61,943 bases of DNA from an uncultured Nitrososphaeria archaeon (GTDB lineage: Archaea; Thermoproteota; Nitrososphaeria; Geothermarchaeales; JDFR-13): assembly GCA_964529905.1 (NCBI GenBank), contig CAZGXJ010000004.1:1-61943 (forward strand), in the 5' to 3' direction. Positions within the stretch are counted from its first letter, which is position 1, and every line of letters starts with the position of its first letter. The notes under the pieces were generated by a model that did not search any database, was not told the origin of the DNA, and was given only the letters and a program-made list of their open reading frames with translations. Below, piece by piece: positions 9,612 through 19,747 of the stretch. The position numbers were made by a program, and so were the translations under genes.

Positions 9612-9614
9612 ATA

Positions 9615-10511
9615 ATGAATAGGTATGCTGGACTCGGGATATATAAATTAATTGTTTTAGCCGTAACGGTAGTGATCTTACTTGGGATATTCTACTACAT
9701 AGGTTATGGGAGGAGAGAGGTTAGGATAGCCACGACCACCTCTCTATATAATACTGGGCTTCTAGACTTTATAGTCGATAGTTTTAGGGAGAGGTATCCA
9801 GAGATAGATGTGAAGATCCTACCCCTAGGAAGTGGAGCCGCTTTGGAGACTGGTAGTAGGGGGGATGCAGACTTGGTTCTTGTACATGCACCTAAGCTTG
9901 AGAAGAGCTATATAGATATGGGTATATTGACGGCTCATAGGATAATAGCATATAATTACTTCATATTAGTAGGTCCTAAGGATGACCCTGCAAACGTAAG
10001 TAATCAAGAGTCTATAATTGACGCTTTTAAAGTGATTTATACGGCTGGGTCAATGGGTAAGGCCTACTTCATAAGTAGAGGAGATAGAAGTGGGACACAT
10101 ATCAAGGAACTCTCTATATGGTCTAAAATAGGGATAAAGCCGTCGGGAGAATGGTATATAGAAAGTGGGAGTGGAATGGCACAGACATTGATCATAGCCA
10201 ATGAGAAGGGGGGCTATACCTTATCAGATATTGGGACATACATAGCTTTAAAGGAGAATGGGAGGATAGATAATCTCGTAATACTATATAGTGGAGATGA
10301 TGAATTAATAAACATATATAGTATCTATCTCGTAAATCCAGAGAAAGTTGCTGGAGTAAATTATGGAGATGCATATATCCTATATAAATTCATAATCGAT
10401 AACATTAGGTATTTTATAGAGGAGTATAATTCTAAATACTCGGTTAAACTGTTCTACCCAGCCGATAATGAAGATATCCTTATGGATAAATGGTGGATGC
10501 TGGCGGGATGA
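9615..10511 (+). CDS. tupA: Tungstate ABC transporter substrate-binding protein
   Basis: N-terminal TM anchor; ATTTSLYNTGLL (TTTS TupA motif), LVHAP, FISRGD.SGTH, YTLSD.GTY. Confidence 0.92.
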   Translation: MNRYAGLGIYKLIVLAVTVVILLGIFYYIGYGRREVRIATTTSLYNTGLLDFIVDSFRERYPEIDVKILPLGSGAALETGSRGDADLVLVHAPKLEKSYIDMGILTAHRIIAYNYFILVGPKDDPANVSNQESIIDAFKVIYTAGSMGKAYFISRGDRSGTHIKELSIWSKIGIKPSGEWYIESGSGMAQTLIIANEKGGYTLSDIGTYIALKENGRIDNLVILYSGDDELINIYSIYLVNPEKVAGVNYGDAYILYKFIIDNIRYFIEEYNSKYSVKLFYPADNEDILMDKWWMLAG

Positions 10512-11154
10512 TACCATGCCATATGAAATATGGGATATAGCTATTAGAAGCATCTTCATCTCAGGATCAGCATCGATATTGGCCACTACATGGTCAATCC
10601 CCCTTGGCATATATCTAGGGATAACCAACAATAATCTATCTAGGATTGTGATATCCATTATAAATATCCTTATAGGTATACCCACGGTATTAATTGGTCT
10701 AATACTATACCTAATATTATCTAGAACCGGTCCACTCGGTTTCCTAAACCTATTATATACTCCATATGCCATGATCATCGGCCAGAGCATACTGGTAACA
10801 CCCCTTGTAATTTCCTTTGTATATGAGGTAGTAGCGGGGAAGTCGATCGACCTGATAGAGATGTTGAGGACATTTAACGCATCTAGAGGAGAGATGATTA
10901 AGATATTATATGAGGAATACGAGGATAGGATGTGGGGATCCGCCGTCATAGGATTCGAGAGAGCGTTAGGTGAGTTGGGTATAGCCCTCATGCTAGGGGG
11001 AAATATTAGAGGAGTGACGCGCGTATTTACAACGACAATAGCGTTAGAGGTTCAAAAAGGTATGTATGAATTAGCTATAGAATTAGGTGTAATACTACTA
11101 ATCCTCGACCTACTATTAGTATCTATAATACGTATACTAGGCTGGAGAAGATGA
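10468..11154 (+). CDS. tupB: Tungstate ABC transporter permease; likely start ATG 10516
   Basis: SRTGPLG.LNLLYTP.AMIIGQ, GF.RA..E.G.A.MLGGNIRG.TRV.TT.IALE motifs. Confidence 0.92.
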   Translation: MKISLWINGGCWRDDTMPYEIWDIAIRSIFISGSASILATTWSIPLGIYLGITNNNLSRIVISIINILIGIPTVLIGLILYLILSRTGPLGFLNLLYTPYAMIIGQSILVTPLVISFVYEVVAGKSIDLIEMLRTFNASRGEMIKILYEEYEDRMWGSAVIGFERALGELGIALMLGGNIRGVTRVFTTTIALEVQKGMYELAIELGVILLILDLLLVSIIRILGWRR

Positions 11155-11765
11155 TAGAGCTTATAAATGTTTCATTTAAATATACGGATAAGCTGGTTAT
11201 AAAAGATGTATCTGTAAAATGGGGCAGTGGATTACACCTGATTAAGGGTCCCAACGGTTCAGGTAAAACGACTATTTGTAAAATAATATCAGGTTTATTA
11301 CCTCCCGACAGGGGGTATGTATATATAGATGGGGTCGATGTATATAGTGGTGAATCGTCTAAAATATTGAAGGATGTAGTATATGTACATGACAAACCCG
11401 TAATTCTCAATAGGTCCGTATATGACAACCTTATCCTTGGTGCTAGACTACTAAAGAGGAATGTAAATAGGCTTAAAAATCTAGTAGAGTTTTTTGGACT
11501 ATATGATATACTAGATATAAATGCTTCTGAGTTATCAGCCGGATATAAACAGTTGATAAGTCTCTCAAGAGCATTTATAGTGAGACCGAGATATCTAATC
11601 CTAGATGAGCCATTCACAAATCTAGATACGAAGTTTAGGGATAAGGTTATTGAATATATTGTCAAGGAGTATAGGGAGAATACGGTTATAGTCGCTACAC
11701 ACACTACATATCTAGATAGATATGCAGATACAATTAGAAAAATTCATAAGGGTAAACTTGTCTAA
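11151..11765 (+). CDS. tupC: Tungstate ABC transporter ATPase
   Basis: GPNGSGKT, LSAG, LILDEP, ATH; operonic with tupAB. Confidence 0.85.
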   Translation: MIELINVSFKYTDKLVIKDVSVKWGSGLHLIKGPNGSGKTTICKIISGLLPPDRGYVYIDGVDVYSGESSKILKDVVYVHDKPVILNRSVYDNLILGARLLKRNVNRLKNLVEFFGLYDILDINASELSAGYKQLISLSRAFIVRPRYLILDEPFTNLDTKFRDKVIEYIVKEYRENTVIVATHTTYLDRYADTIRKIHKGKLV

Positions 11766-11790
11766 ACACCTGTATACCCAGTATTATTTA

Positions 11791-12201
11791 TTAGGATGAT
11801 ATAAATGATAGGAGCCTCCCATCAGGGTCTCTAACCTCTAATTCATAGAGATTTGGAGCGATCTCTCTAGGCCCAATATATTCTACTCCCTTATCATCTA
11901 GAAACCCCTTAAATTCATTTATATCATCAACCCTGAAGACTATCTTGAAGCCAGATGGACTACTAATCTCCTCACTTATATGTAGACCCAATCTTAATCC
12001 ATATCCCTCTATAACCACGAAATCAGCCCTTGAAGCATCAAATATCGTCTTATGAGATTTAAGCTGGAAGCCAAGTAGATTGACATAATATTCCAATGTC
12101 CTACCGATATCACCTGTAAAGAGAATAACCATTTCAAACTCCATATAACACACCATAGAGAAATAGTTACTCCATTGACTTAAAGATATGTATGGACTCA
12201 A
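11791..12201 (-). CDS. VOC/glyoxalase family protein; likely start ATG 12144
   Basis: YY..LLGF, FRVDDI, RDPDG..L motifs. Confidence 0.85.
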   Translation of the reverse strand: MSPYISLSQWSNYFSMVCYMEFEMVILFTGDIGRTLEYYVNLLGFQLKSHKTIFDASRADFVVIEGYGLRLGLHISEEISSPSGFKIVFRVDDINEFKGFLDDKGVEYIGPREIAPNLYELEVRDPDGRLLSFISS

Positions 12202-12203
12202 TC

Positions 12204-12956
12204 CTATTCCCTAATCTTACGCAAATATAATGTTGATGATACGACTAGGAAGACCAGGGAGAATATACTTAGATAAATAACCTTATCTATCGATATATAT
12301 CCACCCTGTAAAATCTCCCTCATTAGATCTGCCCCATGGCTTATGGGATTATATAACGCTATATAATAGATGACCCATGGAAGCCTCTTAAAAACATCTA
12401 TAGGGTAGAAAACGGTACTGTTAAACATTAATAGGAAATATAGGAGACCTCTAACAGTTACATATGCGTCAAAATTCTTTATAACGGTGGCTAGAAATAT
12501 AGCTAATGCACTTACACCTATGGATAATATGAACATGATGGGTGGGATAGCTAATAGTAGATATGGATTTGGATTCGGGCTTAGAATTATTGCCAGTAAT
12601 AGGAGTGGAGTAGAATATATGAGGCCTCTAATACTTCCAGATATAGATCTACCTATGATTAATTCCCAATCCTTAAAGGGAAGGCTTAGATAATAATGGT
12701 GAATTTTACGTCTAACTTCCGCTGAAACCTCCCTACCAATTGTAAAAGCGGATGCAAATAATGCTAGGACTACAATACCGGGTAGAAGGAAGTTAAAATA
12801 TCTAAATCTAATTACTAGATTGTTGAATATCAACGCCAAGATAAATATATCGGCTAGATTCATACTGATTAGTCCAGCCATCCACCATCTATACCTAAAG
12901 AACCTCCTTATATCCTTCTCAATAATGTATATAATCATCGGCATTCTTCCATACAT
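12204..12956 (-). CDS. ABC-2 type transporter permease
   Basis: F..PGI, YLSLP, IIGR.ISG, STVFYP, YNPISH..DL.R pattern. Confidence 0.88.
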   Translation of the reverse strand: MYGRMPMIIYIIEKDIRRFFRYRWWMAGLISMNLADIFILALIFNNLVIRFRYFNFLLPGIVVLALFASAFTIGREVSAEVRRKIHHYYLSLPFKDWELIIGRSISGSIRGLIYSTPLLLLAIILSPNPNPYLLLAIPPIMFILSIGVSALAIFLATVIKNFDAYVTVRGLLYFLLMFNSTVFYPIDVFKRLPWVIYYIALYNPISHGADLMREILQGGYISIDKVIYLSIFSLVFLVVSSTLYLRKIRE

Positions 12957-13073
12957 ATACCATTCAAATATCTCTAAAGCGATATATAACCTTTACATTT
13001 AGACTTTTAAGGGACGGAGACATTATCTTCATATATTCAATGATATATCACTCTAAAATGGGTTCCCCTATAG

Positions 13074-13604
13074 GTGGTAAAATTGGAAATACCAGTGGGG
13101 AAATGGCTACTATTAATAGATCTAGACGGAACATTATGGGATCATCTAGATATATCATCACTCAAGCCCCCCTTCAAAAAAATAGGTGAAGGGAAAATAA
13201 GGGATATAGATGGTGTGGAAGTAACTCTAAATAGGGATATTGTGGATCTGGTTAAATGGGCTAGGAGAAATGGAGCTATAACATCCACCCTATCCTGGAA
13301 CATACCCTGGAAGGCATATAAGGCGATAGAGACTTTCAGCATTATGAGTATTTTCGACTATATCACCGTGATGAATAGTGATAGAAAGGATGAGATGATT
13401 AAAGACCTATTGAATAAACTTAGGGAAATGGGGATATTGATAGACATATGTAGAATAGTCTATATAGATGATAGAGATATCCATATAAAGGAGATCTATA
13501 AGAATATAGGTAAAATATTCTTTCTACAATATGGAAGAGATTTTAGCGGATTCGAAGATGGTAGAGAGAGGATCTTAAAACATTTATCCACATGTAAAAA
13601 ATAG
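13074..13604 (+). CDS. Magnesium-dependent phosphatase-1 family (HAD IIIC)
   Basis: DLDGTLWDH motif I, SWN, YIDDR motif. Confidence 0.88.
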   Translation: MVKLEIPVGKWLLLIDLDGTLWDHLDISSLKPPFKKIGEGKIRDIDGVEVTLNRDIVDLVKWARRNGAITSTLSWNIPWKAYKAIETFSIMSIFDYITVMNSDRKDEMIKDLLNKLREMGILIDICRIVYIDDRDIHIKEIYKNIGKIFFLQYGRDFSGFEDGRERILKHLSTCKK

Positions 13605-13689
13605 GATTTGAACATATGTAGAAATATGGAAGTCAGTTGAATATCAATATACATGATTTATCCATGGAATAGCGAAAAATTATATTTAT

Positions 13690-15108
13690 ATGAAGATTCC
13701 TGAGGATGGACTAGACCGCGATAAAATCTTTGAAGATTTGAAGAAGATGGCTTCAAGAGATTTAGATCCTAAATCAGGTATGTTATTCTCACATATATAT
13801 GAAACTGGTGATGATAAGCTTTATGAGGTGGCAGTTGAAGCATATAAAATGTTTATGGATAAGACCATGTTAAACTTCACAGTATATCCCAGCATCCTAG
13901 ATATGGAGAATAGGATAATATCTATGGTCTCTAAACTCTTCCATGGTGAAAACCCTTCTGGAAATTTTACATATGGAGGTACTGAAAGCATTTTTATAGC
14001 TATGAAAGCCGCTAGAGACTACTATAGGCATATATATGGATATGATGAAAGGGTTAAGATTGTCATCCCCTATACAGGACACCCAGCCTTCATCAAGGCA
14101 GCTAAGTTTCTAGGCATTGAGATATCATATGCGAAAGTGGATGAATCATATGAAGTGGATATCGAGGATGTAAAGGGGTTACTCGACGGAAAAGCTATTA
14201 TATTAGTAGGTTCAGCACCATCCTATCCATATGGAGTAATTGACGATATAAAGGCGTTAAGTGAGATAGCGATGGAGAAAAACTACTGGTTACATGTAGA
14301 TGCGTGTATAGGTGGATTTATACTTCCCTTCTTCAAGATGTTGGGAGAAGATATTGATGATTTCGACTTTATATTAGAGGGAGTAAAATCCCTCTCAGCA
14401 GATCTCCACAAATATGGATATACACCTAAAGGTGCATCTGTCATACTATATAGGGATAGGGAATATAGAAAATACGGATTATATATAAATGCATCATGGC
14501 CTGGATATCCACTGGTAAACACCACTATATTGTCTACCAGGTCAGCTGGTCCCTTGGCCGCATCATATGCAGTATTAAACTATCTAGGTATAAAGGGATA
14601 TTTAAGGTATGCAAAGTCCATTCTAAATGCTAAGAATAAAATAATCAATGGATTGTCAAAAATGGGATTCCAAATAATTGGTAGACCTAAATCAAGTATT
14701 GTAGCATTTACATCTAGGGAGATCGACATATTCAAATTAGCTGATATATTACGTAGGTTGGGTTGGTATGTACAGCTACAACCCGGCTCAAAAAGTTTGG
14801 GTTTCCCTCCGTCAATCCATCTAACTATTTCACCGATACATGAGAGATTAATAGATGGATTCATAGAGGATGTTAAGAAGGGTATAGAGTTGATTGAGGA
14901 GGAGGGCTCCATAGATATTGGGAACATACTTTCTCTATTCGATCTTGAGATAAGCAAAATGTCAGATGCCTCAACATTAATGGATTTACTAGGGTTGAGG
15001 GAGATGGATTTCTCTAATATGGAGGTGATAAATAAATTGATCCATTACCTACCACCAGAGACCGTAGAAAATACGTTTTTAGAGATTATAAATCACCTAT
15101 ATACCTAA
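13690..15108 (+). CDS. Group II PLP-dependent decarboxylase / sphingosine-1-phosphate-lyase-like enzyme
   Basis: TYGGTESI, HPAF.KAA, SAPSYPYGVIDDI, LHVDACIGG, SADLHKYGY (PLP Lys), T..STRS. Confidence 0.88.
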   Translation: MKIPEDGLDRDKIFEDLKKMASRDLDPKSGMLFSHIYETGDDKLYEVAVEAYKMFMDKTMLNFTVYPSILDMENRIISMVSKLFHGENPSGNFTYGGTESIFIAMKAARDYYRHIYGYDERVKIVIPYTGHPAFIKAAKFLGIEISYAKVDESYEVDIEDVKGLLDGKAIILVGSAPSYPYGVIDDIKALSEIAMEKNYWLHVDACIGGFILPFFKMLGEDIDDFDFILEGVKSLSADLHKYGYTPKGASVILYRDREYRKYGLYINASWPGYPLVNTTILSTRSAGPLAASYAVLNYLGIKGYLRYAKSILNAKNKIINGLSKMGFQIIGRPKSSIVAFTSREIDIFKLADILRRLGWYVQLQPGSKSLGFPPSIHLTISPIHERLIDGFIEDVKKGIELIEEEGSIDIGNILSLFDLEISKMSDASTLMDLLGLREMDFSNMEVINKLIHYLPPETVENTFLEIINHLYT

Positions 15109-16637
15109 CCATTTAGACATCTATAGATATCCTTCAACCTATCATACATCCCATTAAATATAGTTTGGAGTTTTTGATATCTCCCCCTCTCACTCCTTTT
15201 AGGTTTGAAGGTCTTATCCATGGGTATATACCTAGCAGCATCCTGGAAACTTTTGTATATATTTAGTCCTACAGATGCTATTATGGCCGAGCCTCGAACT
15301 CCTGCGTTCTCAGGCTCAATGGGCCTCACCAACCTATTATTAAGAATATCTGAAATGATTTGGACCCAAATATCGGATTTTGCTCCTCCACCAACAATAT
15401 ATACTGGGCCGTTCCAAGGGATCTTCCTCTTAAAATATTGGTAGGCCCACCCTATGTTTAGGGCCACCCCCTCTAAAACAGCTCGTAATATATCTTCAAC
15501 TCCATATTCAAACCTCAAATTTAAGAGGCCACCGCCTAGATAGGGATCATCTATAGGAGCCCTCTCACCATACATCCATGGAAGGAATATAAGGTTTGAA
15601 TCCTTTACATCCATATCTTCAAGCATTTTATCGACATTCCTATAATCATCTATATTAAATAAATCCATGAAGTAGTCTAGGGCGGCTCCAGCTACTTCCT
15701 GCTCAGCTATAAATAGATATTTATCTGGTATAGCGCTATATAGAGTCCCCATGTAATGGGATATATCAAGAAGTCTCTTAGGCGTATGTGCAGCTATCCA
15801 GCTGCTCGTCCCAACATATATATGTGGAACACCATCCTCCACTGCTCCTGAGCCCAAAGCGGCGGTAGTTAGATCACCAGCACCTATGAATACTGGCAGG
15901 CCATCCCTAAGCCTAAGAATATCGAGAAGCTCACCATCTACATATCCAGCTATATCAATTGACCTACCTATTAGAGGTAGTTTAGATTCGTCGATTCCAT
16001 ATCTATCTAATAACTTTCTTGACCATTTAACTCTAGACCTAGTATCTGCAAGCCATGTAAGATGGGCTTCATCAGGACTTGTATAGATCCCCCCTGTAGC
16101 CCTATATATTAGGTAACCCTTTACATCTAGGAATTTATAGGTCGACCTATATATATCCGGCTCATTCTCCTTAATCCATAAGATCTTAGATAGAGGGTCC
16201 TTACCAGTCTTACTAGGCGCTCCACCAGTTATCCTTAGGAATTCAATCAACCTAAAGATATTATATCCAGATATTTTTATAACACCGCTAAACAATTCCC
16301 TTGGCAACCCCTTCCCCCTCTCATCAAGCCAGATAATCCCATTTCTAAGGGGATGGCCTTCAACATCTATAGGTATTACCCCAGCCATATGTGCAGTAAA
16401 TACCATCGACCTCAAATCCTTTATTACCTCCCTATCCGCAATACTATATAACTCACTAGCTAAGTATGTTATTTGACCCCATAGCCTATCTACATCTATC
16501 TCAGCATACCCAATTTTTGGATAGACTACCTCAGCCTTAACACTCTTGGTGTATATTGCCCTAAAATCCTTCATAGATACTATAGCCCCTTTAACGTTGG
16601 TGGTGCCCACATCAAAACAGAGAGTATATCCTGTCAT
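15105..16637 (-). CDS. FGGY-family carbohydrate kinase (xylulokinase-like)
   Basis: DVGTTNVKG, IIWLDER, GAGD, GTSSW, GERAP, LEGVA, GGGAKS. Confidence 0.9.
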   Translation of the reverse strand: MTGYTLCFDVGTTNVKGAIVSMKDFRAIYTKSVKAEVVYPKIGYAEIDVDRLWGQITYLASELYSIADREVIKDLRSMVFTAHMAGVIPIDVEGHPLRNGIIWLDERGKGLPRELFSGVIKISGYNIFRLIEFLRITGGAPSKTGKDPLSKILWIKENEPDIYRSTYKFLDVKGYLIYRATGGIYTSPDEAHLTWLADTRSRVKWSRKLLDRYGIDESKLPLIGRSIDIAGYVDGELLDILRLRDGLPVFIGAGDLTTAALGSGAVEDGVPHIYVGTSSWIAAHTPKRLLDISHYMGTLYSAIPDKYLFIAEQEVAGAALDYFMDLFNIDDYRNVDKMLEDMDVKDSNLIFLPWMYGERAPIDDPYLGGGLLNLRFEYGVEDILRAVLEGVALNIGWAYQYFKRKIPWNGPVYIVGGGAKSDIWVQIISDILNNRLVRPIEPENAGVRGSAIIASVGLNIYKSFQDAARYIPMDKTFKPKRSERGRYQKLQTIFNGMYDRLKDIYRCLNG

Positions 16638-16678
16638 ACCACTATAGAGAAAATTGGGGATTCCCTATATAACAGGTC

Positions 16679-18025
16679 TCAATCAAGGGGTTTACCCTTA
16701 GTCTCCGGTAGAAATATGGGTATGGTTACCATTAATATGAAACCTATAAATCCAAATATAAACATTGACCCGGCTAGAGAGAATATGTTGGAAGTAGCCC
16801 CCACTATAAAACCACCTAATGAAAGACCTCTTGCAATACTGAATGTCAAGGATACCGCTGTAGCCCTAACCCTCGTAGGGAATAACTCAGATGCCCATAT
16901 ACCATATAGGGAGTGGGCTGTAAAACCAAAGGGTATGATAAATATAAGGTAGAATGAGGACTCTACATCACCCATAATAAAGAGAATAGCACCAAATATT
17001 ATGGAGCCTAATAGGCCTATAGAGGATGAATATATAAATGCTTTCTTCCTACCAATATAATCACTTATAAAACCTACAATAGGTAGTGATAGACCTACAA
17101 ATAGCGATATTATTAGGATTATGCCACTAGCAATACTTACGTCGTATCCATACAACTCTGAGAGGAGAGTTGGCGCCCAGTCAACCCATGCATGGTAGGC
17201 GAATTCACTTCCCCAGAAGAGGATACTCGCAAGGACGGTTAATCTAAGGATCTTAGGAGATGATAACTCTTTAAAGATATCTCTACTTATCCCCTCTTCA
17301 TCGGACAATTCCAACTCTTGATACTTCCTCCATAGCTTAGATTCAGGTAATAAAATGGATAATATAGCTATAATAGGTATAGGATATAGAGCAATTAAAT
17401 ATGGCACTCTCCACCCATAAATTGGATAAAGTAGATAAACTATTCCTGCGCTGATGGCATATCCAATAATAAATGTGGAGTGTATCAACCCACCAAATAA
17501 ACCCCTATGTTTAGGTGAATAGGCTTCACTCAACAATGCATATCCAATACCCCATGAAACACCCATACCTGATAAGATCCTGAGTAGTGCCAATACAAAG
17601 AAGTTCGGTGAGAAATATGTAATAGCAGTAAGTATTGAATCCCATAGAACGGAATATATCAACGCTTTTTTCCTACCAAATCTATCTGCTAAATATCCAA
17701 ATAATAGGGCTCCAGGGACAGTTGCAATAAACTGTGCAGAAAATACGAAACCCATTAAGAATTTATCGACATTAAATTCCTCCATAATAGGTTCTGCCAA
17801 GAAATTCGTTAGAGTTAGTCCAACTGCATCATGGCTCCAGCCGATCATAGCTGCAACGAATATAAGGATCTTATCTTGTAGTGAATACTCATCTTTAGAT
17901 TCCATAATAGAATAATATTGTATTACAGATAGTAAATGAATCGAGGAAAACCAGGTTGCCTTATATACACCATATACCCTGCAACATATAATCAAGATGT
18001 GATATCCAGATACTGTGAATACCAA
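16679..18025 (-). CDS. Major facilitator superfamily transporter; likely start ATG 17905
   Basis: GYLADRFGRKK and SDYIGRKK motif A copies, SE.YSPKHRG, PES, SELFPTRVRA, PETKG. Confidence 0.9.
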   Translation of the reverse strand: MVFTVSGYHILIICCRVYGVYKATWFSSIHLLSVIQYYSIMESKDEYSLQDKILIFVAAMIGWSHDAVGLTLTNFLAEPIMEEFNVDKFLMGFVFSAQFIATVPGALLFGYLADRFGRKKALIYSVLWDSILTAITYFSPNFFVLALLRILSGMGVSWGIGYALLSEAYSPKHRGLFGGLIHSTFIIGYAISAGIVYLLYPIYGWRVPYLIALYPIPIIAILSILLPESKLWRKYQELELSDEEGISRDIFKELSSPKILRLTVLASILFWGSEFAYHAWVDWAPTLLSELYGYDVSIASGIILIISLFVGLSLPIVGFISDYIGRKKAFIYSSSIGLLGSIIFGAILFIMGDVESSFYLIFIIPFGFTAHSLYGIWASELFPTRVRATAVSLTFSIARGLSLGGFIVGATSNIFSLAGSMFIFGFIGFILMVTIPIFLPETKGKPLD

Positions 18026-18309
18026 ATTATATCCTACTAAATATCGACAATATTTGGATGGATATCCAGAGAAAAGGGGGTATATTCATAGCATATATAG
18101 AAACATTACATTATGCAGATAGTCCCTTTGATTGTAATATATAGTTCTCTTTAACATCACCTATTTAAATTGAAGCATCTTATTCACATAAAATACCAGT
18201 TATCCCAATGATATGTTTGGAATCCCATCCTCATCATATATCATAATATAAAATTATGTAATACTACCCACATTAGACAACTTCACAGTCATAGTTAATT
18301 TTTGGACTC

Positions 18310-18903
18310 TTACTCCGACAAAAATGATTCTATATGTCCGAATACCGCGTTGTATCCAGTAAATATAGCTAATATACCACCGACAAGTAGAAGTATTATG
18401 AATATATATGCCGAAAACTTCTTAGTAGTTTCAAATGCCAATAAGGGCGATAATAAAGCGGTAAAACCTATCGCCAAAAACATTAGACCTGAAAATACTG
18501 GTGACCTCGTTAATCCATATCTGAGTATAGAGACTCCATAGAAAACTATTGGAAGGCCTAAAGCAGATACTCCATAGAGAATACCTCTAAGATTTAAATT
18601 GAATATGTTTTGTAGGCCTAGTAATATAAATGCTAATCCAAATAACGGCCAAGGATCAGATAATATTATATTATATGGACCTGGAAGGGGCCAGGTGAAA
18701 CTAGCCCATAGACCCGTTATAAAGCTATATATTCCAATAGCTAGATAGTAGTAGCCCAAACCCCTATTCAACTCAAACAGCCTATCACCATACTTATCGG
18801 GCCTGATAAAATTAATCACAAGCCAATAAATAGTTATAAATAGTGATGCTCCCATCAACGTAAGCCAGAGATCGAGAAGATTTACAAAAGCCATTACCCC
18901 CAC
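18310..18903 (-). CDS. DUF981-like membrane protein
   Basis: Five to six TM segments with TWPLPGPYNI..SDPW and H near the C-terminus, as in DUF981. Confidence 0.75.
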   Translation of the reverse strand: MGVMAFVNLLDLWLTLMGASLFITIYWLVINFIRPDKYGDRLFELNRGLGYYYLAIGIYSFITGLWASFTWPLPGPYNIILSDPWPLFGLAFILLGLQNIFNLNLRGILYGVSALGLPIVFYGVSILRYGLTRSPVFSGLMFLAIGFTALLSPLLAFETTKKFSAYIFIILLLVGGILAIFTGYNAVFGHIESFLSE

Positions 18904-18990
18904 CTATGTTATATATATCTGAGAATATAAAATACCCTAAATAATATTTAAATGAAAATAAAATTTGTCATTAGGAATTTTAATACATAA

Positions 18991-19743
18991 CTATGTCCAG
19001 CCACCTCCCTCCATCCTCTTCTCATATAGGTATATCCCAAATGTGGTCATGGATACCATGAAGGCTATTAATATCACCATTGAATAGATGGGATCACCTT
19101 CGACCCCTATTCCCAATCCATATCTAAAGAGTTCAGATGCATGGGTTAGTGGATTTATAGCTGCAGCTCCAGAGTAGTATGGAGGCATAAATGCCCTGGG
19201 ATAGAAGACTGTACTTAGCCTAATCATAAAGGCGTCTAAAGCACCTAATAGTATATCGGTCTTATCACCAGATTTGAGGAGAGATACTATCGTTATACCC
19301 AATCCAGCTACTCCAAATGATAGGAGTAGGAGACCTAACAACGCCTCGATAAATACTATGGGATCAGTAACTCCTATAAGTATGAGGGTAAATATGAGCG
19401 GAGGGACGGTAGCCAAAATGCTTCTAAGACCTCCACCTATAGCCCTTCCAATGATTAACAGCCTCCTATTTATAGGGAGGCTCAATAGGTAATCCACAAC
19501 TCCATGTTCAGCTTCTTCAGCTATATCGAAGGCTACGAACATTGCGGTGGAATATAGTGTAGCTACATATATGCCGGCTGCATAATAGAAGTAATAGTTC
19601 TCCACAACCACGAGACTTGAGATCGCCAATCCAAATATTAATACTTGTAGGAAGTACCATAGCCATCTCAATATTAGGAACAATTTATATTGGATGATCA
19701 TCCTCAAATCTCTCTCTATAACGAGGAATAACCCCTCTAGCAT
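18991..19743 (-). CDS. ABC-2 type transporter permease
   Basis: YLLSLP, IIGRAIGG, STVFYP, INPLTH..ELFR pattern; directly after the ATPase. Confidence 0.9.
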   Translation of the reverse strand: MLEGLFLVIERDLRMIIQYKLFLILRWLWYFLQVLIFGLAISSLVVVENYYFYYAAGIYVATLYSTAMFVAFDIAEEAEHGVVDYLLSLPINRRLLIIGRAIGGGLRSILATVPPLIFTLILIGVTDPIVFIEALLGLLLLSFGVAGLGITIVSLLKSGDKTDILLGALDAFMIRLSTVFYPRAFMPPYYSGAAAINPLTHASELFRYGLGIGVEGDPIYSMVILIAFMVSMTTFGIYLYEKRMEGGGWT

Positions 19744-19747
19744 CTCA

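Noticed and set aside
18026-18309. 280-nt gap between the MFS and DUF981 genes, possibly a decayed gene
   Set aside because: Only very short stop-ridden frames and no recognisable motif; cannot be distinguished from promoter DNA.
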